Shown here: positions 7,765-17,206 of the stretch, piece by piece
How positions within the stretch are numbered: position 1 is the stretch's first letter
Layout: every line of letters begins with the position of its first letter
Assembly (NCBI GenBank): GCA_947630415.1
Contig: CANRHM010000002.1
Coordinates: forward strand, 1-34,546
Length of the DNA stretch: 34,546 bases
Direction: 5' to 3'
Source of the DNA: an uncultured Bacilli bacterium
Lineage (GTDB): Bacteria; Bacillota_I; Bacilli_A; RF39; UBA660
The notes under the pieces: generated by a model
Told to the model about the DNA's origin: nothing
Databases searched by the model: none
The model's input: only the letters and a program-made list of their open reading frames with translations
Position numbers and translations under genes: made by a program

Positions 7765-9942
7765 CTCATCATCAAAAAAATCATCAAAGAAATTATCATC
7801 GTCTAAATCAACTTCTTTTGTACCCATTGGAACTTCATGAATAATTGGTTTTGTTTCTTCCTTAACTGGTTGAGCTGTAACTGCTTTCTTATCCTTCTTC
7901 TCTTGTTCTTTAGCTTTCGCTTCTGCTTCTTTTTCTTCTTGTTCAATTTGAGCAAGCTTTTCATCGATTCGTTTAACTAAGTCGTCAACATCGATACTTG
8001 GAGCAGCATTGTTATTAGGAAGTGGACTTGGTTTCGGTTCTACAAGAGGTTGTTCTCTTGGTGGAATTGGAACTCTTCCCATCGACTCAAACATAGGATT
8101 TCCAAAAGGTGATGGAGCTCTATCCATGCCTCCACTCATTGGTGAAAACATTGGAGGAACGCCTGCAAAACCACCAGGCATTCCGCTAGGCGCGGCATCT
8201 GGATTCTTATTGGCTTCTTCCATCATTTCAAATAATTTTTGTCTTTTCTTCTCTTTAACAAATTCACGAATATCAAAAGTATGAACTGGCTCTTTTTCAC
8301 GTTCAGGATACTCGGCCATTGGATACTTAGTACCAAAGTCTAATTTATAATAAGGTATAAATTTTGTTTTAAATGGTTGTTTACGTAAACGCAAAATAAT
8401 AACTTCATTCTCCTTCATACGTTGTAAATCACTTACCGTAACCAGTGGTGTAGAAGCCGTTTTATCATCTTTTTTAGATTTTACTTCTCCACACATCTTA
8501 CTAATTTCTTCCAAAGCTTTTAACTCAGTAGTAATCAAATAAATAATATTTCCACAGTTACCACGAATGGTTTCTGCATTTTCTTTTCCATAAACTTGGT
8601 CTAGCTGTGCAAAGTTCTGAATAATCATGGTAAAACGTATTCTTCTAGAACGGGCTGCCGTAATCATGGTCGTAACATCCTTTAATGGTGGCATGTTGGC
8701 AAACTCATCTAGTAAGAAGTTGGTTCTAACAGGAAGTTTTCCACCATGTTGTTGAGCCGTTGCAATTAACGTTTCATAGACTTGTTTTAATAAAATCGTA
8801 ACTAAAGAGTGATAGGTTTTCTTTTCATCTTGAATAACGATGAATAATGCCGTTGGTTTAGTTCCAATCGTCTCTAAATCAATATCGGTATGAGATAACA
8901 TCTCACTCAAGTTTTCGCGTGATGCAAACAATTTTATTTTTTGTTTAAATACGGCTAAGATACTACCTTTTGTTTCATTCGGTGCCATAATCGTACTCGA
9001 TGCATTAATAGCAGCAGCACTAGCAGGGTCTTTTCCTGCAAAATATTCCTTTACGTAAGTAGATCCACCAAATTTTTCTTCTCCAACCGTGGTCATTAAA
9101 CTGATGCTATTGATGTTTATTTCTTCTGGTTTAGCATCTTCAAAAAGTCCTAAAGCAATTCCTGAGAAGTAATCTGCAGAAGTTTTTTCCCAGAATGGAT
9201 CAGCATTTCCGTTATTTTCTTCATACAAAATATTTAAGGCTAAATCATCTAGTAATTCGATTGCTTTATCTTGATTTCCCGTACGATACATTTCATAGGG
9301 TAAAGTTAAAGGGTTCCAAGCATTACCATTTTGAGGGTCACGGAAGTTTAAAAGCAATATCTGATATCCACGATCTCTTAACAATTCAGAAGTTTTTTCG
9401 TAAATTTCACCTTTTGGGTCGGTAATAATCATCGATTCTTTTGCTTTTGCTAAACTTTGTACCGTAGGTAAAATACATGTCTGGGTTTTACCAGATCCAG
9501 TAGCACCGATTACTAAAGAATGGTACTCTCCATTATCTACCCACATTTCATTATCTTTAATAATAAGTGGAACTCCTGCAACCTTAGAATCCTTATCTTT
9601 TATACCAACACGTTCAAGTTCTGTTTTAATTTCTTTTTCTTTCGCCCAACGGCTATATCCTTTATCAGTCTTCTCCGTTGAAATCCCTATTCCTTTTTCC
9701 CGCTCAAAAAAGTAAGAACTAACACTCATGAAAAGAGCCGCTAAGGCAATGAGATAAAAGACAAGGGTTGTAAATAATAAATCACCTGAAAAAGCAGGAA
9801 GTGGATTCAATCCATAAAATCTACCTTCGTTAGCAAGCATCGGTAAGTTTAATACACCTAAAGCTACAACATAAAGTAAAAATATTGCAAACAAAACAAA
9901 GATTAAAATGTCTTGTGGTTCGGCCTTAAATTTTAATTTCAT
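7756..9942 (-). CDS. Type IV coupling protein (VirD4/TraG family)
   Basis: 728 aa. Two N-terminal TM helices, Walker A VIGATGSGKTQ, ITDPKGE, Walker B-like FLLDEFANMP and RSRRIRFTMIIQNFAQL. The C-terminus has a Pro/Gly/Met-rich and Lys/Glu-rich tail ending in DLDDDNFFDDFFDDEDE. ATGA overlap with the upstream gene. Confidence 0.9.
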   Translation of the reverse strand: MKLKFKAEPQDILIFVLFAIFLLYVVALGVLNLPMLANEGRFYGLNPLPAFSGDLLFTTLVFYLIALAALFMSVSSYFFEREKGIGISTEKTDKGYSRWAKEKEIKTELERVGIKDKDSKVAGVPLIIKDNEMWVDNGEYHSLVIGATGSGKTQTCILPTVQSLAKAKESMIITDPKGEIYEKTSELLRDRGYQILLLNFRDPQNGNAWNPLTLPYEMYRTGNQDKAIELLDDLALNILYEENNGNADPFWEKTSADYFSGIALGLFEDAKPEEININSISLMTTVGEEKFGGSTYVKEYFAGKDPASAAAINASSTIMAPNETKGSILAVFKQKIKLFASRENLSEMLSHTDIDLETIGTKPTALFIVIQDEKKTYHSLVTILLKQVYETLIATAQQHGGKLPVRTNFLLDEFANMPPLKDVTTMITAARSRRIRFTMIIQNFAQLDQVYGKENAETIRGNCGNIIYLITTELKALEEISKMCGEVKSKKDDKTASTPLVTVSDLQRMKENEVIILRLRKQPFKTKFIPYYKLDFGTKYPMAEYPEREKEPVHTFDIREFVKEKKRQKLFEMMEEANKNPDAAPSGMPGGFAGVPPMFSPMSGGMDRAPSPFGNPMFESMGRVPIPPREQPLVEPKPSPLPNNNAAPSIDVDDLVKRIDEKLAQIEQEEKEAEAKAKEQEKKDKKAVTAQPVKEETKPIIHEVPMGTKEVDLDDDNFFDDFFDDEDE

Positions 9943-10775
9943 GACTCCATCTCCTTACAGGTTTTAACTTGTTCATAGTGATCATTTTGATACAAATATA
10001 ATGTAGGACATATATTTAATTCGCCCATTGATTTATACTTGTTTAATACTATACCATACTTTTCTTCATTTGGTAACTTAATTATAGAAATAATTTGATG
10101 TGCCGTAATATTATCTTTTCGTTCTTCATTTTTAGGAACATAATCATTGCTTAACACTTGACTATTTTCTTCATCGTAATATAACACTATTTGAAATGAC
10201 CTTGTTTCTTCGGTTATTTCATCATAAGAATCATAAAGATTAGTAACTGCATAAAATGTTTCTTCTTTTCCATCTAAATCAAAATCAAAAGAAGTTTTTT
10301 CTACATAAGTAAAATTTGTATTTTGATCAAGCGTATATCCCTTTTCTTTAGTAAACTGATTTAAAATCTCATAATCCTTTTCTTCTAAAGTTTCAATTTT
10401 AGTATTTGCTACTTCGATGGAACCTGGACCAGTGTAGGCTACCATAGGATATTTTATAAAAGTAGCGCCCTTATTAGAAGGATACTTCCAAGTAGAATTT
10501 ATAAATTGTATTTTGGACTTAGTTACAAATTGATTTTGACTATAAATTTCAAATTCTTTTGTACGTAACAAGTCATTAATTTTATTTTGATCAATCACAT
10601 CGGTTATATTTCCGTTATCTATCTCCCAAATATTATTATCATATAGTAATAAATAAGCTTTATTTTCTTCTTGAATATGTTGATAAAGGAAAAAACCACC
10701 TAAAATAACAAGAATTAATACTGAAATGGAAACTAAAAAAACCGTAATTTTAATTTCTCTATTATATTTTTTCAT
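9939..10775 (-). CDS. Membrane-anchored extracytoplasmic protein (candidate VirB8/TcpC-like scaffold, unverified)
   Basis: 278 aa with a single N-terminal TM helix (ITVFLVSISVLILVILGGFFLY). AGGTGA SD. It sits between the wall hydrolase and the coupling protein. No motif recognised. Confidence 0.6.
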   Translation of the reverse strand: MKKYNREIKITVFLVSISVLILVILGGFFLYQHIQEENKAYLLLYDNNIWEIDNGNITDVIDQNKINDLLRTKEFEIYSQNQFVTKSKIQFINSTWKYPSNKGATFIKYPMVAYTGPGSIEVANTKIETLEEKDYEILNQFTKEKGYTLDQNTNFTYVEKTSFDFDLDGKEETFYAVTNLYDSYDEITEETRSFQIVLYYDEENSQVLSNDYVPKNEERKDNITAHQIISIIKLPNEEKYGIVLNKYKSMGELNICPTLYLYQNDHYEQVKTCKEMES

Positions 10776-10783
10776 TCCATCAC

Positions 10784-12676
10784 CTACATACGCAATTCAT
10801 ATACTCGTATACCATAGATTCCACTATAAGTTGTTTGTGAAAGAGGTTTAATTGTTTCCGGAACACCTTCTCGAGCAACTGTATCACTAATCATAATTTC
10901 TCCATTTTCTATTCCCGTAAATGCTACCCAGTGCTCATTCTTAATAACTTTTATTACTAATAGATACCCTTCATTGGCAAGAGATAATACTTGTGAATAG
11001 CAATCACCTGCTGGACATTCGATACGATTGATATATTGAATTCCCGGTGCAACTTTACTTGCTACATCCCAGTAAATCATTCCACCTGACGAAAAGCCAC
11101 CATTCGCTTTCATTGCGGCAGCAAAAGATCCCGGATTAAAATCTCCATTTATAAAAGTTGAAGACGCTCCCGACATAGCAATTATTTTAGAAAGTGATGT
11201 CATAGCACACCCAATCTCGTAAATGGAAGTGTCAGGCGTACTACCTAATAAGAAACTTTGCCAAGGCTCGTGCTTTTGACTCCATGTAACCCAATCTCCT
11301 GCTACAACTCCTGGGAAAGGGGGCGTATTAACGTATAATCCTATTTCCGAAAAATCAAGTGGGAGATTTCCCATAATCGTTTCATATAATTCATAAATTT
11401 TTTCTACAATACGGAGTTGGTTTTCCTCACTTATTTCTCCATCATCTGTTTTAACTAAATAATCATAATATTTAGATATAAAACTATCTTCTGTTTCCAC
11501 TGGGAAGAAAAGAATATAATTAACCATAGGAGCCATCAAGCGATAATAATATAATCCTTCCCGATTATAGTTTACTGTGTATCGTATAGTTTTATAAGGT
11601 GCTTCAGAGCAACCATTAAAAAAATACTCATTTTTCTTATATACAGGTGCACTTCGTACATATGGACAAGTAAAATTAATAGTATTACTTCCTGGTGGAT
11701 CATTTACGATTCCCTTTTCACCCCATTGCGTAAATAAAAAGTTTTTATTGTGATCATATACATCTGTTGCACGTTTACAATCGTAACTATCTGTATCATT
11801 TTTACAATAATTTTGAACGCTTGTATAACTTTTTTGCAACGTACTATACGAATGTGAATTTTGATATTTCTTTATATATTTTGCACCATCATCTTCATAA
11901 GGACAACTTCCCGGTTCATCTTTATCACCATTGTAAGGAGTGACATAAGTGGCCTTTTGAACGGCTGCACCCGACATCGAATTATATTCTGATTTAGCTA
12001 ATTCAGGATAAGAGGTTGGGGTAATGCTACTACTAGCCGTATCTCCGCAACTGTAAGTACTTTCTGTTCTAAGAAGCATAAATCCAGCTAATGTCTTAAT
12101 ATATTTTTTTGCTTTTTTATTATATTCAGGATCATTAAACCAAGATGAAAAATTTTCAGCTGTAAGTGTATTGGTAGCAGTCTCACATTTTTCTCCATTT
12201 CCTTCAGCGTCACAAGCTTCACCAGTGTATCCTTCGTTCGTATAATCAGCATAAGTTCTACCATAGAAAAGCGTTGCTGTAATAAGCATAGGATTAATAG
12301 TTACTCCATAATCTTCCTTGTACTCCATAGTTACTTTATACAATTCTTCACAATATTCAATAGTTGTTTTACCTTCTTCTGAGTTTTCATCCTGAATATT
12401 GAAATCAATTAGACATTTTTCTTTTCTACCTTCTTTAGTAGTCATATCTGGTTCAGTATCTTCTTCATCAGGAGTAAAAAAATCTGTTACTTTATCCCAA
12501 GTAGATGCAAAAAAATTAGAAACTGCGACCGTTGGATAGGTTACAGTAATAAATGTAACTAAAATAATGGCAAAAATGGAAATAATGCCTGTACCAATTA
12601 AAAGAGCAACTATTGGATTTTTTTTGGCAAAATCTATTATCTTTCCCATTAAATTAAAGTCATTATTTTCATTCAT
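10784..12676 (-). CDS. Membrane-anchored cell-wall hydrolase with a C-terminal papain-fold (C39-like/CHAP/NlpC-P60 superfamily) domain
   Basis: 630 aa with an N-terminal TM helix. The C-terminal ~170 aa have a Cys...His arrangement (YEIGCAMTSLSKII ... NEHWVAFTGIENGEIMISD) typical of C39-like peptidases. 13 Cys. It lies immediately downstream of VirB4, as in Gram-positive T4SSs. Confidence 0.65.
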   Translation of the reverse strand: MNENNDFNLMGKIIDFAKKNPIVALLIGTGIISIFAIILVTFITVTYPTVAVSNFFASTWDKVTDFFTPDEEDTEPDMTTKEGRKEKCLIDFNIQDENSEEGKTTIEYCEELYKVTMEYKEDYGVTINPMLITATLFYGRTYADYTNEGYTGEACDAEGNGEKCETATNTLTAENFSSWFNDPEYNKKAKKYIKTLAGFMLLRTESTYSCGDTASSSITPTSYPELAKSEYNSMSGAAVQKATYVTPYNGDKDEPGSCPYEDDGAKYIKKYQNSHSYSTLQKSYTSVQNYCKNDTDSYDCKRATDVYDHNKNFLFTQWGEKGIVNDPPGSNTINFTCPYVRSAPVYKKNEYFFNGCSEAPYKTIRYTVNYNREGLYYYRLMAPMVNYILFFPVETEDSFISKYYDYLVKTDDGEISEENQLRIVEKIYELYETIMGNLPLDFSEIGLYVNTPPFPGVVAGDWVTWSQKHEPWQSFLLGSTPDTSIYEIGCAMTSLSKIIAMSGASSTFINGDFNPGSFAAAMKANGGFSSGGMIYWDVASKVAPGIQYINRIECPAGDCYSQVLSLANEGYLLVIKVIKNEHWVAFTGIENGEIMISDTVAREGVPETIKPLSQTTYSGIYGIRVYELRM

Positions 12677-12714
12677 TTTTCACACCACCTTCATACGAAC
12701 AAAGAAGGAGGATT

Positions 12715-14502
12715 TTAGAATCCTCCACCAGAACCAAATGATTCTAATTCTTCTTTAGTAACAATTATATTAATGCGCATACGCCTATTTCCACAAACGA
12801 ATAAGGCTTCTCCTTGAGCATAACGTTTAATACTTTCTTTTTCATTTTCATTTAAATCAATTAACTTAGCTAAATCTTCTGTCGCTTGTTTACGAAGTCC
12901 CATAACGATATAGTAAGATGCATTATCGAAAATAGCTTTACCTTGTGTAATAACACTTGGATCTGCAAAGTCACTTGGTTGTTGTGTAATAATAATGGAT
13001 CCAGTGTTATATTTACGAGCACGTCTTTGTACTTGAGCTAAGAAATCTGCTCCAATGGCATTACTTCCGCTTAATAATACATGGGCTTCATCTACCATTA
13101 AAACCGTATTAACGTCTTTATTTAAACAAAGACCCCAAGCATACTTCAAAACGTTAAAGAATAAAGCATTTCGGATATTTTCATCAGCATTCATCAATTC
13201 CTTAATGTTAAATACCATGAAATCACTTTGTTGTGTAATCGTCGTATGTCCATCGAAATAATATTTTAATTCTTTTGTTAATGGACGAATTTTTAACTCT
13301 AATCGTTCCATGATATCGCGTTCATGCGTATGATCGGTCATAGACATGATTCTACCTTTAATTGTGGCATATACATCTGAGAATGTTGGATAATCATTAG
13401 GCCCATAACTTGAAAAGTCCGTATTGAAATCAATTCCAAAACGTTTATAGGTATCTTGTGCTACTTCACTAAACATTGTAAGTACATCTTCTTCAATAGA
13501 TGGATCGTAGTATTTCAAGAAGGCTTTTAAAAATTGTAAAGTTCTAGTTAATACCGTATAGCCTAATCCTTGTTTAACCTCATCTTCGTCGGCATCAAGT
13601 ACCACTTGAAGAGGGTTAATCATACCGAATTCTCCACCCTTACCTAAGTCAATGGTATCTCCACCAAAAGTTTTGGTCATTTCTTCTAGTTCGTTTTCAG
13701 GGTCGATAGCAACAATTTGACAACCATTACGAATATGGCCACGAAGCACTAGTTTAGCAGCAGTTGATTTACCACTTCCGGAAGTACCTAAGATAATGAG
13801 GTTGGCATTGTTTCGGTTATTTTCTTTTTTAATTTGATATAAGAATTGATTAAATAAAATAACTCCTCCTGAGAAATCAACGCCTAGTAAAGTTGATAAT
13901 CCAGGATCTTTAATTGTATCAAAAATGAAGGGATACATGGCTGCAATGGTAACCGACGGAATCGGTGTTCCAATACGATCTTCAATATCCTGTTTAGGGA
14001 ATATTGGTAAAATTGATTTTAATACTTTTTCTTGTTCAAAACGAAGCGATACTGCCTTTAATTCCATGGCATCCAAGTAGTTTTTAACATTGACTTTTTT
14101 CATTTCCAAATCTTCTTTGGTATCCGCTGTAATCATAATGTGCATTTGGAAATCAAAAATTCTAGCTTGGCTTCCTGCTAACATGGAAATAAAATATTCT
14201 AGTGATTCCGCATCTTGTCTTACCCGTTCACGAACAGTATTATCCTTTTCCTCTTGATAACGAACACGTAAATCGGCAATTTGTTTATTTAACATTTTAG
14301 ACATGGTTTGAAAAGGTACTGGAATATGTTTGATAACGATTTTTATTCCAGACATACTAGTTAACTGTGATAGATATCCAGGCGTAATATATTTTGGGTA
14401 AGACACAACACTTAAAATCGTTGCATATTTATCACTAATAAAGAAATCACTTGGATTAAATTGTAATCCTTTAGGAGCCAATTGCGATTTTAAATCGATC
14501 AT
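12715..14502 (-). CDS. VirB4-family T4SS ATPase, C-terminal three-quarters
   Basis: 595 aa. Walker A ILGTSGSGKST and Walker B LMVDEAHVLL. It begins at the point where the middle domain of full-length Gram-positive VirB4 proteins starts (LAPKGLQFNPSDFFISDKYATILSVVSYPKY). Confidence 0.9.
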   Translation of the reverse strand: MIDLKSQLAPKGLQFNPSDFFISDKYATILSVVSYPKYITPGYLSQLTSMSGIKIVIKHIPVPFQTMSKMLNKQIADLRVRYQEEKDNTVRERVRQDAESLEYFISMLAGSQARIFDFQMHIMITADTKEDLEMKKVNVKNYLDAMELKAVSLRFEQEKVLKSILPIFPKQDIEDRIGTPIPSVTIAAMYPFIFDTIKDPGLSTLLGVDFSGGVILFNQFLYQIKKENNRNNANLIILGTSGSGKSTAAKLVLRGHIRNGCQIVAIDPENELEEMTKTFGGDTIDLGKGGEFGMINPLQVVLDADEDEVKQGLGYTVLTRTLQFLKAFLKYYDPSIEEDVLTMFSEVAQDTYKRFGIDFNTDFSSYGPNDYPTFSDVYATIKGRIMSMTDHTHERDIMERLELKIRPLTKELKYYFDGHTTITQQSDFMVFNIKELMNADENIRNALFFNVLKYAWGLCLNKDVNTVLMVDEAHVLLSGSNAIGADFLAQVQRRARKYNTGSIIITQQPSDFADPSVITQGKAIFDNASYYIVMGLRKQATEDLAKLIDLNENEKESIKRYAQGEALFVCGNRRMRINIIVTKEELESFGSGGGF

Positions 14503-15047
14503 GAAGACATCACCGTCCCAAATTCAGTGGTACTTCCACCATTTAAGAAATTATCTAGAATAATACGCATATCTTCATTACTTGTTTGTGAAGAAGATAA
14601 TCCACAAGAAGCAAGTCCATTAATCATTAAGCGTACTTTTTTCTGAAGTATTTCTAAATTTTTCTCTTTAAATAATAGGAAGTATTCCGTATCTACCACA
14701 TTATTACTTGTAAACGTATTCCCTTTTTGGATATCTTCATTAATTAATTTTCTAATCGCAGGATTCTGCGTATTGTTATAAAGAAGTTGCAATTGAGACA
14801 TATAAATTGAAATATCTACCGGTCTATCAGCAACTACTAACCAGAACTCAAAATCCAATTGGTTATAAAAGTTCTTTAAGGCAATCAAAATATTTTGTTG
14901 TGAATCTTCATCTAAGATAAAAATATTACGAGGAGTAATTTTTACTCCGCAAACTTTCATCTGTCCAGGAAGTAAAATCATTCCATTGTTAATTCCTTGT
15001 ACTGGGAGCCAATCTTCTGTGTATTTGCTTCTATTTGTCCTTGCCAT
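14499..15047 (-). CDS. VirB4 N-terminal domain encoded as a separate ORF
   Basis: 182 aa. DWLPVQGINNGMILLPGQMKVCGVKITPRNIFILDEDSQQNILIALKNFYNQLDFEFWLVVADRPVDIS resembles the N-terminal domain of PrgJ/TcpF/ConE-type VirB4. ATGA overlap with the 595-aa ORF. 182 + 595 aa is close to the usual VirB4 length. Confidence 0.6.
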   Translation of the reverse strand: MARTNRSKYTEDWLPVQGINNGMILLPGQMKVCGVKITPRNIFILDEDSQQNILIALKNFYNQLDFEFWLVVADRPVDISIYMSQLQLLYNNTQNPAIRKLINEDIQKGNTFTSNNVVDTEYFLLFKEKNLEILQKKVRLMINGLASCGLSSSQTSNEDMRIILDNFLNGGSTTEFGTVMSS

Positions 15048-15351
15048 CTAAATAACACCAACCTTTCCAATATAAACGTTGTCTTGTTGTTATAAACTCA
15101 TAGGTTTCCACTAATACATTCAAGACATTGTGATAGTATGGTACCGGCGCCACTAGCAAGCCACAGACAAGTGCTGGGGCAAGACAAGCAACGGCAACCA
15201 TGGTATTGGATAATAAATTTTGAAAAATCAAAATAGCAAAGAAGGTAATTCCAACACCGGTTCCAAAGATTCCTAAATCAATAGGACGGAACAATCCAAA
15301 TATCAGTGTACCCCTTTTCGTATTAGCAGGAATTAAGTAAGTACCATTCAT
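15031..15351 (-). CDS. PrgI/VirB3-like small membrane protein
   Basis: 106 aa. The N-terminal LIPANTKRGTLIFGLFRPIDLGIFGTGVGITFF is followed by two TM helices. It lies directly upstream of VirB4 and overlaps it by 17 nt. Confidence 0.6.
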   Translation of the reverse strand: MNGTYLIPANTKRGTLIFGLFRPIDLGIFGTGVGITFFAILIFQNLLSNTMVAVACLAPALVCGLLVAPVPYYHNVLNVLVETYEFITTRQRLYWKGWCYLDGKDK

Positions 15352-15383
15352 CTAGTATCACGCTCCTTTTTATTCTTTTAATT

Positions 15384-17177
15384 TTAACTTTTTTTGTTTG
15401 GATCAAATTTTTGTTTAGGCGTAAAGTCTGGTTTTGGTAAAGTTCTTGCTTCGTAATTCTTTTTACCTTTTTCGAAGTTACGCTGTGCTGCTGCAGCAAT
15501 TTGCTCTTGTTGAGCATAAGCAACTTGTGCATCCATATATTTTTTTCTTGCAGCGTATTCTTCTGTTCCTGCGTATGCTTGGAAAGCAATACGCTGAGTC
15601 TCCCAATCTCTATATTTTGTTCCATAATCTTTATTAAAGGAAGCTCGGGCTTTACTATATTCGTCATAAGAACTATAGTCAGATTGTTTAGGAACAGCAG
15701 GGCCAGACCATGTACCAGGATCTTCTGCATAAGGTACAGAAGCTTTTGGTGTACGCATGAAATCGGCTTGAGCCATATCCATAGCAGCTTTTAATTCATT
15801 AGCCTTTTGTTGTTCTGCTAACATATTACTTTTAGCCGCATTAACATTAGCTTCAGTAAGATTAGATCTTGCTGCTGTCCTCTTCATAGCTTGTCCTTGT
15901 GCAGCAGTCGTTAATCTACCCATCAATCCACCTTTAGCGTTTTTATCACCTGTTCTAATTTGAGCAGCAATATCACTACCTCTACCCCAAGCACCTGGTG
16001 CTTGTTTGCCTTGTGCATTTGCTTCTGAAGCTTCGTGCATGGAACTAAGTGAAGCAGTACCTGCAGCTGCAAGGCTTCCAACAAAACCCATACCACCCAT
16101 TAAACCACCAGCAAATGCTGCTGTACCTCCAAGAAGGCCTGCCAAACCAACGGAATTATTAACGTTTTTAATACCCAATATTTCTCTAATAAATTTAGGA
16201 GCCTGTGTTAAGAAGAATAATAGACCAAGTATTAAAAAGACTGTAACCATTGATTTCATAGGTCCATCCTCTAATCCTTCAATTCCAAAGCTAATCATAG
16301 ACCCACCGTTAAATATTTCTTTTATAAAGAATAGCACAAAGTAAACAAGTGCAATTTTAATAAATAAATCAATATAAGTTGAAATAGCATTCCTTAGCCA
16401 GCCATTAAATGCACCATCTTTTTCCGATTTTGGATTTATATAACTTATAATTGGAATAGGTGCTACGACTTGTAATATGCATAATTTGATAGAACGAATT
16501 GCAATGTCTAGAGCATAGGATAGCATTATAACTAACATGATAACACCAACAACGCTACTTAATCCATATTTATATTCATAAGCATAAAAATGTTTCTCAT
16601 TTGCGCATTTGGCATCAATAATTTCCTCGTCTAATATTGTTAAATTATTAGGTGGTGTTTCAACAGGTGCTCCAGTAGCCTCACAACTAGGCGAAAAATA
16701 AACAAACGCTTGTAATGAAGTACCTGCGATTTCTTCTCCAATAGATCCGCTACTATTTAATGAATAATTGATATTAGTTGTTCTTCCTAAAACTATTTTT
16801 GGAATAACTCTAGCAATGGGATCCTGCCATTCCATTAAAGCAGGAAAAATCGCAGTAGGAACTAAGATGAGTAAAGTAAGCGAAATTAAAATTCGAGGAA
16901 TGATTTTCTGCATACCTGTTTGCTTATCCGTTAAACTATCCGGATTTACGATGCCATTGAGAAGCGAAAAAGCTAGTCTAAATAACATATAGATAGATAT
17001 GATTACATAGAATCGACTAATAAACTCTTGAACAAATTCCGAAGAAATTGTAAACTTTGTAATCTGAAAAATCAAATTGGTAACCATAGATAAAGCATTA
17101 TATATGACTCCATCCAATCTAGAAAGGAATCCTCTTATAAGGCCTGTTCCGGTGTCTACCATTTCTAGTATCTGCAT
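15384..17177 (-). CDS. VirB6/TrbL-like polytopic channel protein with an Ala/Gly/Gln-rich C-terminal extension
   Basis: 597 aa. The first ~350 aa contain at least 6 hydrophobic segments. A Gly/Ala-rich stretch (GLAGLLGGTAAFAGGLMGGMGFVGSLAAAG) is followed by a long hydrophilic tail. Strong GGAGGA SD. It lies upstream of the VirB3/VirB4 genes. Confidence 0.6.
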   Translation of the reverse strand: MQILEMVDTGTGLIRGFLSRLDGVIYNALSMVTNLIFQITKFTISSEFVQEFISRFYVIISIYMLFRLAFSLLNGIVNPDSLTDKQTGMQKIIPRILISLTLLILVPTAIFPALMEWQDPIARVIPKIVLGRTTNINYSLNSSGSIGEEIAGTSLQAFVYFSPSCEATGAPVETPPNNLTILDEEIIDAKCANEKHFYAYEYKYGLSSVVGVIMLVIMLSYALDIAIRSIKLCILQVVAPIPIISYINPKSEKDGAFNGWLRNAISTYIDLFIKIALVYFVLFFIKEIFNGGSMISFGIEGLEDGPMKSMVTVFLILGLLFFLTQAPKFIREILGIKNVNNSVGLAGLLGGTAAFAGGLMGGMGFVGSLAAAGTASLSSMHEASEANAQGKQAPGAWGRGSDIAAQIRTGDKNAKGGLMGRLTTAAQGQAMKRTAARSNLTEANVNAAKSNMLAEQQKANELKAAMDMAQADFMRTPKASVPYAEDPGTWSGPAVPKQSDYSSYDEYSKARASFNKDYGTKYRDWETQRIAFQAYAGTEEYAARKKYMDAQVAYAQQEQIAAAAQRNFEKGKKNYEARTLPKPDFTPKQKFDPNKKS

Positions 17178-17206
17178 AATGTTCCTCCTCTCATTTCTAT
17201 TATCTA

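Noticed and set aside
8009-8284. 91-aa Gly/Pro-rich plus-strand ORF
   Set aside because: It is the antisense reading of the Pro/Gly/Met-rich low-complexity tail of the coupling protein, which makes it an artefact of compositional bias.
15323-15730. 135-aa minus-strand ORF overlapping the 3' part of the VirB6-like gene and the start of the PrgI-like gene
   Set aside because: It lies in an alternative frame of a well-supported gene, its Lys/Leu/Asn-rich composition is typical of out-of-frame AT-rich sequence, and it has no SD. I treat it as spurious.
16006-16344. 112-aa plus-strand ORF, along with other antisense ORFs. These are at 15434-15637, 15501-15794, 16768-16992, 17435-17647, 18008-18211, 18325-18549, 12567-12758, 13055-13261, 9195-9425, 2290-2496, 4036-4260, 5300-5545 and 6542-6757. 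Further ones are at 23927-24109, 26510-26767, 26811-27050, 27778-28059, 28066-28296, 28749-28958 and 30279-30512.
   Set aside because: All are embedded antisense to, or out of frame with, longer ORFs that have recognisable motifs and ribosome-binding sites. Their sequences are low complexity (Ile/Phe/Leu-rich or Pro/Ala-rich mirror images), and none has a convincing SD.
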